From the NCBI GenBank assembly GCA_043814605.1, contig JBDRJV010000007.1, positions 3,354-67,353 of the forward strand: a stretch of 64,000 nucleotides of DNA, read 5' to 3'. The notes beneath the pieces were generated by a model. That model ran no database searches. It was not told the origin of the DNA and worked only from the letters and a program-made list of their open reading frames with translations. Origin of the DNA: Candidatus Omnitrophota bacterium (GTDB lineage Bacteria > Omnitrophota > Gorgyraeia > B26-G9). The translations under genes were made by a program, and so were the position numbers. Shown piece by piece: positions 18,195 to 27,777 of this stretch. How positions within the stretch are numbered: the stretch's first letter is position 1; every line of letters starts with the position of its first letter.

Positions 18195-19007
18195 ATGAGA
18201 AAAATATTCAAGAATAAATTAGCAATTTCAGGAGCAATGATTATTATTCTCATGAGCTTGTTGGCAATTTTTGCTCCCTTTATCAGCCGGTATAGTCCCC
18301 AGGAAATTAATGTTGGCAAAAACCTTATGGCTCCTACATCTGAACATATTTTGGGTACAGATAGATTAGGCCGGGATTTATTCAGTCGGATGGCGTACGG
18401 GGCGCGAATATCTTTATCAGTAGGTTTTATTGCCGTAGGGATTTCTGTGATTCTGGGAATTTTTTTTGGCGCCATTGCCGGCTATTACGGAGGAATTTTA
18501 GATCAACTAATTATGCGTTTTGTGGATATCATGCTTTGTTTTCCCAAATTTCTTCTTATTTTATCCATGATTGTAATGCTTGATCCGAGTATTTATATTA
18601 TTATGTTTGTGATTGGCGTTACAAGCTGGATGGGAGTGGCACGTTTAGTCCGGGCAGAAATTTTAAGTTTAAAAGAACGAGATTTTATTCTCGCAGCCCG
18701 CGCTTGTGGTGTCTCCCACACAAAAATTATCATGCGCCACCTTGTGCCTAATGCTATTGGGCCGGTGATTGTGAGTGCAACTTTAGGTGTGGCCGCTGCA
18801 ATTTTAGTTGAATCGAGTTTAAGTTTTTTAGGTATTGGGGTGCAGCCGCCAACTCCGAGCTGGGGCAATATCCTGATGGATGCAAAGTCATGCTTAGGGG
18901 TGGCTTGGTGGATGACTTTTTTCCCGGGTTTGGCAATTTTTATTACTGTTTTAGGGTATAATTTATTAGGTGAGGGGCTAAGGGATGTGCTGATATCCCG
19001 GAAGTAG
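18195..19007 (+). CDS. ABC transporter permease, OppC/DppC-like
   Basis: TM topology and the EAA region AARACGVSHTKIIMRHLVPNA. Confidence 0.8.
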   Translation: MRKIFKNKLAISGAMIIILMSLLAIFAPFISRYSPQEINVGKNLMAPTSEHILGTDRLGRDLFSRMAYGARISLSVGFIAVGISVILGIFFGAIAGYYGGILDQLIMRFVDIMLCFPKFLLILSMIVMLDPSIYIIMFVIGVTSWMGVARLVRAEILSLKERDFILAARACGVSHTKIIMRHLVPNAIGPVIVSATLGVAAAILVESSLSFLGIGVQPPTPSWGNILMDAKSCLGVAWWMTFFPGLAIFITVLGYNLLGEGLRDVLISRK

Positions 19008-19178
19008 CGAATAGCATAAAACAGCGGATTACTTATAGTCCACAGTTAACAGTCGGCAGACCACAGGTAAAGGGATAAAGGATAAAGAAAAAAAGCAGTT
19101 ATGAGTGATGAATGATAAATTACAAGTAAAAAGCAGGAAAAACTAAAACATTTCAGTAACCATTATTAAATTTTTATT

Positions 19179-20153
19179 ATGCAAAGAATACTCGAGGTTA
19201 AAAATTTAAAAACTTGTTTTTATCAGGATGATCAGAAATTTGTTGTGGTTGATGATGTTTCTTTTTCTCTGGATGAAAATACTGTATTAGGTATTGTCGG
19301 CGAATCTGGCTGTGGAAAAACAATCACGGCTTTATCCCTGACAAAACTTTTACCTGATCGTGATTGTAAAATTATTGCGGGCACAGTTAACTTTAAAGGG
19401 GAAAATATTCTTGGGTTTGAAAGCAAGGAGCTGCGCAAAATTAGGGGTAAACAAATAAGTTATATATTTCAGGAGCCATCAACCTCACTTAATCCGGTAT
19501 TGTCAATTAATGAACAAATGAAGGAAGTGGTGCTTTTACACCGGCCGGATATAGAACAAAAATCGATTGACCAATTTTTGGTAAATCAATTGGAAAATGT
19601 GGGGATAAAACCAGCGCGAGATAAATTGAATGCTTATGCCCATCAATTATCCGGGGGCCAAAAACAAAGAGTGATGATTGCCATGGCTTTAATCAGCCAG
19701 CCGCAACTTTTGATTGCCGATGAACCAACAACTGCCTTAGATGTAACAGTTCAGGCTCAGATTTTAGAATTAATTACCGAGCTTAAAGCTAAACTTAAAC
19801 TTTCCATTATATTTATCAGCCATGACCTGGATGTTATTGCTCAGGTGTCTGATTATATTGCGGTAATGTACACCGGTGAAATTGTGGAACTTGCCCCCAC
19901 CCTTGAATTAATAAAAAATCCTAACCACCCCTACACGCAAGGATTACTGGCTTGTTTGGCCAAAGCACAGGTTAATCAACAAAAAAAACTTAAGGTAATT
20001 GACGGCCAAGTGCCGCAGCCGGGAACTCTGCTGTGTGGATGTTCCTTCTTTCCGCGTTGCGCTCAGGCTATGGCACGTTGTCAAAAAGAAAAACCTGAGC
20101 TTCGTAAATTTGGTGTTAATCAGGAGGTCCGCTGTTGGCTATACTCAAGTTGA
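19179..20153 (+). CDS. ABC transporter ATP-binding protein, OppD/DppD-like
   Basis: Walker A GESGCGKT, signature LSGGQKQR, Walker [13 protein letters not shown], and a C-terminal oligopeptide-type extension. Confidence 0.85.
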   Translation: MQRILEVKNLKTCFYQDDQKFVVVDDVSFSLDENTVLGIVGESGCGKTITALSLTKLLPDRDCKIIAGTVNFKGENILGFESKELRKIRGKQISYIFQEPSTSLNPVLSINEQMKEVVLLHRPDIEQKSIDQFLVNQLENVGIKPARDKLNAYAHQLSGGQKQRVMIAMALISQPQLLIADEPTTALDVTVQAQILELITELKAKLKLSIIFISHDLDVIAQVSDYIAVMYTGEIVELAPTLELIKNPNHPYTQGLLACLAKAQVNQQKKLKVIDGQVPQPGTLLCGCSFFPRCAQAMARCQKEKPELRKFGVNQEVRCWLYSS

Positions 20154-20947
20154 AAAATATACATAAACATTATAAATTACAGAAAACTATTTTTTCTAAA
20201 AGTAAATTTATTAAAGCTGTGCATAATGTTTCTTTTGAGATAGAACAGGGAGAAACTCTCGGATTAGTGGGAGAATCAGGCTGTGGCAAGTCGACTTTAG
20301 CCAAAATCATTCTGAAATTAATTGATGCCACAGAAGGTGATATTTTTCTGGAAAATATAAATATTACACGGCTCAAGAATGAAGCATTTCGTCCTTTACG
20401 TAAACAACTGCAGATTGTTTTCCAGGATCCCTACAGCAGCCTTTCTCCCGGGCTTAAAATAAAAGATATTATCAGCGAAGGATTGATAGCATTTAAATTT
20501 GAAAAATCTCAAATAGTAAACAGAGTAAATGAATTAATTCATCAAGTTGGCCTAACCCCAGAACATTTAAATCGTTTACCGCATCAGTTAAGCGGCGGAG
20601 AACGCCAGCGTGTGGGCATTGCACGGGCTATAGCAATAAATCCTAAACTAATTGTGCTGGATGAGGCAGTATCGAGTTTAGACTTGTCAATTCAGGCGCA
20701 AATTTTAAATTTACTGGTTGATTTACAAAAAAAATATAATTTAACTTATCTTTTTATTGCGCATAATTTACATGTGGTGCGTTTTATCAGTGACAGAATC
20801 GCAGTTATGTATCAAGGGGAAATTGTGGAGACAGGAAAAACAGAAGGTATCTGGCGTAATCCCCAACATCCCTACACAAAGCGCTTACTGAGCAGTATGC
20901 CATCAATGGAGAAGAAAAAAGCGAAGGACGAAGGACGAAAAAAATAA
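20135..20947 (+). CDS. ABC transporter ATP-binding protein, OppF/DppF-like
   Basis: Walker A GESGCGKST, signature LSGGERQR, Walker B IVLDEAVSSLD. Confidence 0.85.
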   Translation: MAILKLKNIHKHYKLQKTIFSKSKFIKAVHNVSFEIEQGETLGLVGESGCGKSTLAKIILKLIDATEGDIFLENINITRLKNEAFRPLRKQLQIVFQDPYSSLSPGLKIKDIISEGLIAFKFEKSQIVNRVNELIHQVGLTPEHLNRLPHQLSGGERQRVGIARAIAINPKLIVLDEAVSSLDLSIQAQILNLLVDLQKKYNLTYLFIAHNLHVVRFISDRIAVMYQGEIVETGKTEGIWRNPQHPYTKRLLSSMPSMEKKKAKDEGRKK

Positions 20948-21130
20948 AAAAAGTTATAAATTATAAGTGATGTGTGATAAATTAAAAGCTAAAAACTAAG
21001 AGCTAAATGCTAAATTGGCTAACAGCTGATAGTAAAAGCGAAAAAAGCAAAAAATTGGACGTAGATGGACGCAGATTAGCAGGATTAGAGCAGATTGAAA
21101 GAAATTTTCTGATAATCTAGTGCTCTGTTT
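20945..21130. repeat. Heptad-periodic intergenic repeat
   Basis: Read directly: gttataa attataa gtgatgt gtgataa attaaaa gctaaaa actaaga gctaaat gctaaat tggctaa cagctga ... Confidence 0.6.
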
Positions 21131-21371
21131 GCAACAGAGAATGCTAATTTTAAAAAACCAATAAAAAACAAAAATAAATTTTTATGTTTTAATCTGTGTG
21201 AACCAGTGTAAATCTGTGTCCTATGAATAAAGAGAGAATCAGTGTTCATCCGTGTACTATTAAACTTTGGTGTTTTTTTCTGTTTGCCCTGAGATTTTGT
21301 CAAAGGGGCTCATTAGAGATTAATCGAGTTTTTGTTCTAATCCTGCAAATCTTGTCAAAAAAGGAAATAAA

Positions 21372-22481
21372 ATGTTTGAATTTTTCGAAAGTAAAGAATT
21401 TCTCAAGTATAAACAGGAAAAGATTTTTGCCAAAATAAAAGAGCAGATTAAAACTCTGGCCATATATAAAGGCGGCGGGGGTTTGGGAGATTTAGTGGTT
21501 GCCAACCCATTATTTGCCAGTTTTAAAAAAGCGTTTCCCGATGCTAAAATAATGTATCTGGGTACAGTTTACCCGCGTTTTAAGAAAATATTCAAAGCAA
21601 TTAAAGCAATTGATGGGTACATTGATTTTAAGCGGCCAGACAGAGGTAAATCAAAAAAAGAATATCTTGAGTTTAGAAAAAATAATTTAGGCAAAATCGA
21701 TTTACTCATAGATACACAACGCCGTTGGGAGACCAGTTTTTGGCTAAAAAAGCTAAACCCTAGATATATGCTTAGTGCCAGTGTGTTTCTCTCTGATTGG
21801 AAAATGCCGAGGTTAAATTACAAGAAAATGCATATCCTAGAACAGATGTTGAGTTTACCGGCTCGATTAGGCATAAATAATTTTTCTCAATGGGGGGATG
21901 CAGATTGCAGTTTAAATATTGACTCTGAATACAAAGAAAATGCGGCAAAAATATTAAAAGGATATAAAGGTAAATTTATGGCTTTAATGCCGAGTTGCGG
22001 GATGCAGTTTAAAAACTGGATGCCGGAAAATTTTGCAAAATTAGGGGATTTATTTGCAAATTATGGATATATGGTTATAATATTAGGCAGTCCGCAGGAG
22101 CTGAATCTTTATAAGCAAATTGCCGCAAACATGAAACAGAGGAGTATTATCCCCGGTTTAATTGATTTAGAGTTTGCACAGGAATTAATGAATGATGCGG
22201 CAATTTTAAAACAATGTGAAATTGCCGTGGGTAATGATTCTGGAGGAATGCATTTAGCAAGTTGTTTAGGAAGTTTGTGTGCAACTGTTTTTGGTCCGAC
22301 AACGCCGCGTAAATTTGCTCCGATTGGACCACGTAACATAGTTTTTTATGAAAACATGCAATGTTCACCTTGCCGTTTTAAATGCTCAAGAAAAATAGAA
22401 AGAGAATGTTTAAGACGGATTACTCCGGAGCAGGTTTTTACTGCATGTATAAATAAACTGAAAAGCCAGAAAGAGGATTAG
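21372..22481 (+). CDS. Glycosyltransferase family 9 (heptosyltransferase-like)
   Basis: N-terminal LAIYKGGGGLGDLVV matches the GT9 RxGxxGD motif. Confidence 0.65.
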   Translation: MFEFFESKEFLKYKQEKIFAKIKEQIKTLAIYKGGGGLGDLVVANPLFASFKKAFPDAKIMYLGTVYPRFKKIFKAIKAIDGYIDFKRPDRGKSKKEYLEFRKNNLGKIDLLIDTQRRWETSFWLKKLNPRYMLSASVFLSDWKMPRLNYKKMHILEQMLSLPARLGINNFSQWGDADCSLNIDSEYKENAAKILKGYKGKFMALMPSCGMQFKNWMPENFAKLGDLFANYGYMVIILGSPQELNLYKQIAANMKQRSIIPGLIDLEFAQELMNDAAILKQCEIAVGNDSGGMHLASCLGSLCATVFGPTTPRKFAPIGPRNIVFYENMQCSPCRFKCSRKIERECLRRITPEQVFTACINKLKSQKED

Positions 22482-22483
22482 AA

Positions 22484-23260
22484 ATGTCAGAAAAGCTGCC
22501 AATCAGTATTGTGATTATCACCTGCAATGTTGCGGCGAATATAAAGGAATGCTTAGAATCTGTAAAATGGGCGGATGAAATAGTAATTGTGGATAATCAT
22601 TCTACAGATAAAACATTAGATATTGCCCAAGCATACACAAAAAGCATTTACCATGATACTTGGGATAGGGAAGGTTCAATTCGTAATCGGGCTTACAAAA
22701 AAGCGAAAAATGAATGGGTTCTGACTTTAGATCCGGATGAACGTGTGAGTGATCAGTTAAAAGAGCAAATTAAAGATTTTATATCTCAGGGCACAGAGTT
22801 TAATGCTTTTTCTGTTTCGATGAGGAATATTTTTGGCCGTAAATTTTGGATAAAAAACGGCGGTTGGTATCCGGCAAGCCGCATAAAAATATTTAAAAAA
22901 AGTAAGTTTTATTATGAAGATGCAGAAATCCATCCCCGCGCATATCTTGACGGTAAAGAAGGGAGATTAACCGGGGAGATTATTCATTATTGCTATGATG
23001 ATTTTACGCAAGTTGTATCTAAAATGAATGTGCAGAGCACGCTGGAAGCAGAAAAATGGATTCGGGATAAACGTAAAATGAGTTTCAGTATTGCATTAAT
23101 CAGAACTTTTTCCCGGTTTTTTAAGATGTATTTGCAGAAAAATGGCTACAAAGATGGGATGGTAGGTTTTATGATGGCTTGGCAATGGGCAACCTATCAG
23201 TTGCTTAGTTACGCAAAATATTGGTTAATAAAAAATATGCGCAATAGTAATGATGCTTAA
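22484..23260 (+). CDS. Glycosyltransferase family 2
   Basis: ISIVIITCN...VDNHSTD...LDPDE GT-A fold motifs (DxD). Confidence 0.75.
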   Translation: MSEKLPISIVIITCNVAANIKECLESVKWADEIVIVDNHSTDKTLDIAQAYTKSIYHDTWDREGSIRNRAYKKAKNEWVLTLDPDERVSDQLKEQIKDFISQGTEFNAFSVSMRNIFGRKFWIKNGGWYPASRIKIFKKSKFYYEDAEIHPRAYLDGKEGRLTGEIIHYCYDDFTQVVSKMNVQSTLEAEKWIRDKRKMSFSIALIRTFSRFFKMYLQKNGYKDGMVGFMMAWQWATYQLLSYAKYWLIKNMRNSNDA

Positions 23261-23409
23261 AATAAAAGCTAAAAAAAGTTTTGATAATGTTGAGTTAAAA
23301 AACTGTAATTAGATTCAAAATTTTAATAAATACTATTTACTGCATAATATTGCCGCGACCATTATCTATCCGGATAATTTTTTTAATTCAAGAAAGATTA
23401 TGAAAAAAA

Positions 23410-23934
23410 ATGATTGAATTATACATTCTCCTTTTGATTATGATTATCGCTTCAATTGCGGCGCTGGAAGTTAACGATTTGCTTTCTTCTGTGGTTGTAA
23501 TTGGTGCGGTAGGGTTATGTTTAAGTGTCGGATTTTTGCTTTTAAAAGCTCCGGATTTAGCAATTACACAATTGATTGTAGAAATTGTGCTGGTAACAAT
23601 CCTGCTCAGAGCTACATTGACACAGGATCAACATTGTTTTAAAAATAAAAGAGATTTTTATAAACTATTCTTAGTTATTCTGTTAATTAGTTTATTCTTG
23701 TCGGCTGCGTACGTTGTGATTAATGACCTGCCTATTTTTGGCAAACCTTTAATGCGTGCAAGTGAAACTTATTTAATGCAGGAATTAAAAAATAAAAAAG
23801 TTACTAATTTGGTATGTTTAATCAATCTAAAGTACATGATTTTAGACACATTTGGGGCAATGGTTACGTTATTCAGCTGTGTAATCAGCGTTATTTTATT
23901 GAGCCGAAAAAATCCAGAGGAGGATGATTTTTGA
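23410..23934 (+). CDS. Mrp/Mbh-type membrane subunit (MrpB-like DUF4040; MbhD-like)
   Basis: LLKAPDLAITQLIVE matches the DUF4040 APDVALTEA motif. Three or four TM helices. Confidence 0.55.
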   Translation: MIELYILLLIMIIASIAALEVNDLLSSVVVIGAVGLCLSVGFLLLKAPDLAITQLIVEIVLVTILLRATLTQDQHCFKNKRDFYKLFLVILLISLFLSAAYVVINDLPIFGKPLMRASETYLMQELKNKKVTNLVCLINLKYMILDTFGAMVTLFSCVISVILLSRKNPEEDDF

Positions 23935-24419
23935 AAAAAGAAAATCTAAACACAAAGCAAAAAACAGCAGATATGAACACAGAGAAAGGCATGAGCATTA
24001 TTATTAAGACAATTACCCGAATAACTGTGGGAATACTTTTTCTTTATGGAGTGAATATGGTTTTACATGGGAATATTAATCCGGGGGCAGGATTTGCCGG
24101 AGGCGGGATTATTGCCTTGGCTTTTATTAATTTAATTTTAGCTTTTGGCAAGGATGCGGCATTAGAAAAACTGAACCACACCGGGGCGGGAATTATTGCG
24201 GGATTAGGTTTATTTATGTTTTTAGTTTTGAGCATTATTGGTTTCTACGAAGACAGCTTTATCAAATATTTTAAACAGGACAACACATTGATTACAGAAT
24301 TTATGGCGGGAAGCAGGGTTACATTATTTAATATTAGTATTTGTGTGGAAGTCGGAGTAGGAATTTTTGCAATTTTTTTTAGCTTAATTACTTTAAAAAT
24401 TATCGAGGGCAGGAAATGA
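23931..24419 (+). CDS. Na+/H+ antiporter subunit B homologue (MnhB/MrpB; MbhE-like)
   Basis: HGNINPGAGFAGGGI matches the MnhB HGxxTPGGGFQGG motif. TTG start with a GGAGGA RBS. Confidence 0.7.
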   Translation: MKKENLNTKQKTADMNTEKGMSIIIKTITRITVGILFLYGVNMVLHGNINPGAGFAGGGIIALAFINLILAFGKDAALEKLNHTGAGIIAGLGLFMFLVLSIIGFYEDSFIKYFKQDNTLITEFMAGSRVTLFNISICVEVGVGIFAIFFSLITLKIIEGRK

Positions 24420-24742
24420 TATACTTTTTATGTTTTGTTCTGTTTTGCGTAGGAATATACGGGTTGTTGATAAAGAAAAATATTATCAAATTAATCATAA
24501 GTTTAATTATTATTAATTATTCAATTCATATTTTTCTGATCCTGATCGGGTTTAGATGGCAGGGGGCAGCGCCGGTACTCGAAACCGGGGGCAAATTAAC
24601 GCTTATTGTGGATCCTTTGCCGCAAGCAATTGTTCTGGTTTTGCTAATTGTGAATATGTCGGCAATAGCATTATTAATTGCCGTAGCGATGAAGCTTTAC
24701 CAGAAATTTAAAACATTTAATATTAAAGAAATGAAAAATTAA
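24416..24742 (+). CDS. MrpC/NuoK-like small membrane subunit
   Basis: 108 aa, three TM helices, NuoK-like. Its position is after MrpB. Confidence 0.55.
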   Translation: MIYFLCFVLFCVGIYGLLIKKNIIKLIISLIIINYSIHIFLILIGFRWQGAAPVLETGGKLTLIVDPLPQAIVLVLLIVNMSAIALLIAVAMKLYQKFKTFNIKEMKN

Positions 24743-24747
24743 AACAA

Positions 24748-26265
24748 ATGCAATTATTACCTTTATTTATAATCATCCCTGTATTGGCCAGTTTAATCAC
24801 GGCAATTATTGCGCGTCAGAATAATAAAATTGCTGATTTTATTTGTTTTTTAGCCGGAATATCCTTATGGGGATTATCAGTATATTTGCTTATTGTTTTT
24901 AAAAATCAGGCGTTGCTTGTTTTTGCGCAAAGCAGATGGGGGTGGTCGGAAGGAGTTTTATTAGTCGCAGATGGGTTAAGCATAGTTTTATTAAGCATGG
25001 TTTATTTTTTATTTATGAGTATGTTCATATATAATTTTAGATTCCTAAAGGCAGCGGAACAAAGATGGGGATATCACGTAATAGTTTTATTATTGTTAAC
25101 CGGCATTAACGGAGTATTAATAGCGGCAGATATATTTACAATGTATGTTTTTCTGGAAGTCGCGGTTATTGCTTCTTATGCTTTGGTAATTTTTAGAAAT
25201 AAAACAAGAGCATTTTTGAGTTTTTTTAAATATATGGTTACGGGAATATTTGCTTCGGCTTTAATTTTAATGGCAATTGCGGTTTGTTATAGTTATGTGG
25301 CTACCTTAAACATGGCGGAAATCTCGCGTCAAATATCAATACGCGCTGTAAATAGTAATCTTTTATCTGAGAATCCCGTAGTTTGTTTCATGGGAATTTT
25401 ATTTGCTTTAGGTATTGGCTTAAAAACAGGGTTGATTCCTTTTTTAAGTTCGATTTCTAATATCCAGGTGCAAACGAAAACTCCGGCAACAAATATACTT
25501 TCCGTCCTTTTCCTGCCGGTGATTGGAATATACCTTTTTCTGCGGATATTTTTCAATGTACTTATGTTAGGAACAGAATTTTCTAATTTTATTATTTTTT
25601 GGGCAGTTATGTTAATATTCACAGGCATAATTCGGGCGATGTTTAAAAATAATTTTAAGGAAGTTTTAGCTTGCGTTTATATTACAGAAATTGGTATTTG
25701 CTTATTAGCTATCGGTATTGGCAACCTGCTGACAATTACGGCTGGGTTAATGCATCTTTTTCATTATATGATTAACCGGGCTGTTTTAAATTCTTATGCG
25801 GGTATTTTTGAATATACACAGGGAACTACAGATTTTATTCTGATAAAAGGTTTTAAAGTTAAAATGCCGGTAATCGCAATCACTTCGCTGATTGGGAGTT
25901 TTTCATTTGTGGGTATTCCTCCGTTTTCTGGCTTTTGGACAAAGGCTGCAATTGTGGCCGGAGCAGAGCAAGCGGGTTTTCAGTGGGCCCTGCCGTTTAT
26001 GGTAATTGTAAGTTTAGGGAGTTTTATTATTTTTTTTAAAGTCCAATCCCGCATATTTTTTAATTTTAATAAAAATAATGAAAAGCTGCCTTCCCGGCAA
26101 GGAATACCTTTGCTTATGAAAACTGCAATGGTTATCTTAGCTTTTGTATCTTTATTAATTAATGTTTTGTGGTTAATCCCAGAGGAAGAAATGTTTTTAA
26201 CTCCCATTGCGAAAACGATCAAAAACAGTAAGGATTATGCAAGCCGTATCATGGATATATTTTAA
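24748..26265 (+). CDS. MrpD/NuoL/M/N-family proton-translocating antiporter-like subunit (the only one in the cluster)
   Basis: 505 aa with about 14 TM helices and complex I antiporter-family topology. Confidence 0.75.
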   Translation: MQLLPLFIIIPVLASLITAIIARQNNKIADFICFLAGISLWGLSVYLLIVFKNQALLVFAQSRWGWSEGVLLVADGLSIVLLSMVYFLFMSMFIYNFRFLKAAEQRWGYHVIVLLLLTGINGVLIAADIFTMYVFLEVAVIASYALVIFRNKTRAFLSFFKYMVTGIFASALILMAIAVCYSYVATLNMAEISRQISIRAVNSNLLSENPVVCFMGILFALGIGLKTGLIPFLSSISNIQVQTKTPATNILSVLFLPVIGIYLFLRIFFNVLMLGTEFSNFIIFWAVMLIFTGIIRAMFKNNFKEVLACVYITEIGICLLAIGIGNLLTITAGLMHLFHYMINRAVLNSYAGIFEYTQGTTDFILIKGFKVKMPVIAITSLIGSFSFVGIPPFSGFWTKAAIVAGAEQAGFQWALPFMVIVSLGSFIIFFKVQSRIFFNFNKNNEKLPSRQGIPLLMKTAMVILAFVSLLINVLWLIPEEEMFLTPIAKTIKNSKDYASRIMDIF

Positions 26266-26759
26266 TGAAAAGAAAAACAGTTTTGTTTATAATTTGTGTT
26301 CTAATTTGGTGCGGATTAAATTGGCCAATCAATCGGAAATGGTTAATTATCGGCTTGGGAGTGAGCACGATTATTGCTTTAGGCTCAGGTGATATTTTTA
26401 TCCGGCGCCCCCATATTTTAATTCATTTTAAAAGATATTTTTGGCTGATTTACTATTTAGCTTTTCTTTCAACTCAAATAATAAAAGCTAATATTTATAT
26501 TATTTATTGTCTTTGCCAGCCGGCTTTATCACTGCATCCGGGGATTGTAAAAGTTAAAACAAGAATAAGAAGTGAAATGGGTCTGACTGTTTTGGCTAAT
26601 TCGATAACTTTTTCCACAGGAACTTGCGTTGTTGATATCGATAACGCTAATGGATATATATATGTACATTGGATGGATGTTAAAAGTCAAAGTATAAAAC
26701 CGGCAACTGAACTGATTGTTGAGAAATTCGAAAAAATATTAAGAGAGGTGTTTGATTAA
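26265..26759 (+). CDS. MrpE-like subunit
   Basis: 164 aa with an N-terminal TM pair. Size and position are typical of MnhE. Confidence 0.5.
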   Translation: MKRKTVLFIICVLIWCGLNWPINRKWLIIGLGVSTIIALGSGDIFIRRPHILIHFKRYFWLIYYLAFLSTQIIKANIYIIYCLCQPALSLHPGIVKVKTRIRSEMGLTVLANSITFSTGTCVVDIDNANGYIYVHWMDVKSQSIKPATELIVEKFEKILREVFD

Positions 26760-27117
26760 TAAAATGGTTGAAGATAAAATAGGGCAAAGAATTTATTGGT
26801 TAATGGGAATAATATTTTTAAGCTTAATGCTGATTGCTACGTTTTTATTATTTCCCTATTTTTTAGAACGGGCTTTATTTTTTCTTTTGATTTGTTGTTT
26901 ATTTGTTCTGATGCGAATGCTTATCGGGCCGGGAGCATGCCAAAGAATAGTTGCGGTAACAATCATTAGCATGCTGATTATCGGATTTTGCGGCATTCTC
27001 GCGTTCTTTACCCAAAAGAACTGGTATATTGATATTGCTTTAGTTTGGGTTTTTCAGTCTTTTATTGCCACACTTACTTTTGCAAAATTTCTCGAAGGAA
27101 AAAGATTTGATGATTAA
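26752..27117 (+). CDS. MrpF-like subunit
   Basis: Small three-TM protein in the MnhF position. Start is TTG 26752 or ATG 26764. Confidence 0.4.
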   Translation: MINKMVEDKIGQRIYWLMGIIFLSLMLIATFLLFPYFLERALFFLLICCLFVLMRMLIGPGACQRIVAVTIISMLIIGFCGILAFFTQKNWYIDIALVWVFQSFIATLTFAKFLEGKRFDD

Positions 27118-27145
27118 ATGATTATTGTAAAGCAGGAAGGAAGTT

Positions 27146-27493
27146 ATGATTGAATTAGGAAAAATATTTTTAATTTTAGGGTTGATATTTGATTTGATCG
27201 GAACAATTAGTTTAATGCGCATGCCGGATATTTATAGCCAATTACAAAGCGCGGCAAAAAGTGTAACCTTAGGGACTTGCTTGATTCTCTTTGGTGTGTT
27301 TTTAAGCCGGGGGATGAGTAGCGCTGGGTTCAAAACACTTTTGGTCCTGGGGTTTTTAATCCTGATCAGTCCTGTTTCTGTACATGCTTTAGCACGGGGA
27401 ATTCATAAAAGCCGAAACATAAACCTTAAAAACTATGTATGTGATCAATACCATGATGATCAATTAAGGAAAAAAGATAACATTTCTAATTAG
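27146..27493 (+). CDS. MrpG-like subunit (MnhG/PhaG)
   Basis: LMRMPDIYSQLQSAAKSVTLG matches the MnhG LRxPDxYTRLHAAxK core. Confidence 0.65.
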   Translation: MIELGKIFLILGLIFDLIGTISLMRMPDIYSQLQSAAKSVTLGTCLILFGVFLSRGMSSAGFKTLLVLGFLILISPVSVHALARGIHKSRNINLKNYVCDQYHDDQLRKKDNISN

Positions 27494-27554
27494 TTACTAT
27501 TAAATAAGTTATAACATAATAGTAATTATTTATGAATTTTTAGCAATTTATACA

Positions 27555-27660
27555 TCCGCGGCCTAAAACCGCTCCCATTTATGGCGCGGATAAAAGGAGG
27601 CCGCTTGAGTATTCCAGGCCAGGAACACGGGCTTTAGCCCGTGAGGGGGTCCATTAGGCA
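27555..27660 (+). ncRNA. GC-rich structured intergenic element, a candidate small RNA or cis-regulatory RNA
   Basis: GC content is locally far above the flanks. Perfect hairpin cacgggc-ttta-gcccgtg. Imperfect stem atccgcggcc...ggcgcggat. No ORF. Confidence 0.3.
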
Positions 27661-27708
27661 AAATTATATATTTTGCCCAGTTGCTTTTTTGATTAAAACT
27701 GGTAAAAT

Positions 27709-27744
27709 TAAGAACTTAAACAGATTAATTTGTTTAAGTTCTTA
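27709..27744. promoter_or_regulatory. Candidate operator: 14-bp perfect inverted repeat TAAGAACTTAAACA-N8-TGTTTAAGTTCTTA abutting a TATAAT -10 box at 27751-27756
   Basis: Perfect 14/14 arms. The spacer contains ATTAAT. It ends 34 nt upstream of the hypA ATG. Confidence 0.4.
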
Positions 27745-27777
27745 GATACCTATAATTTATTTTAAAAAAGGATAAAT

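Noticed and set aside
26207-26392. 61-aa + strand ORF overlapping the mrpD/mrpE junction
   Set aside because: It is an out-of-frame overlap with two well-supported membrane-subunit genes.
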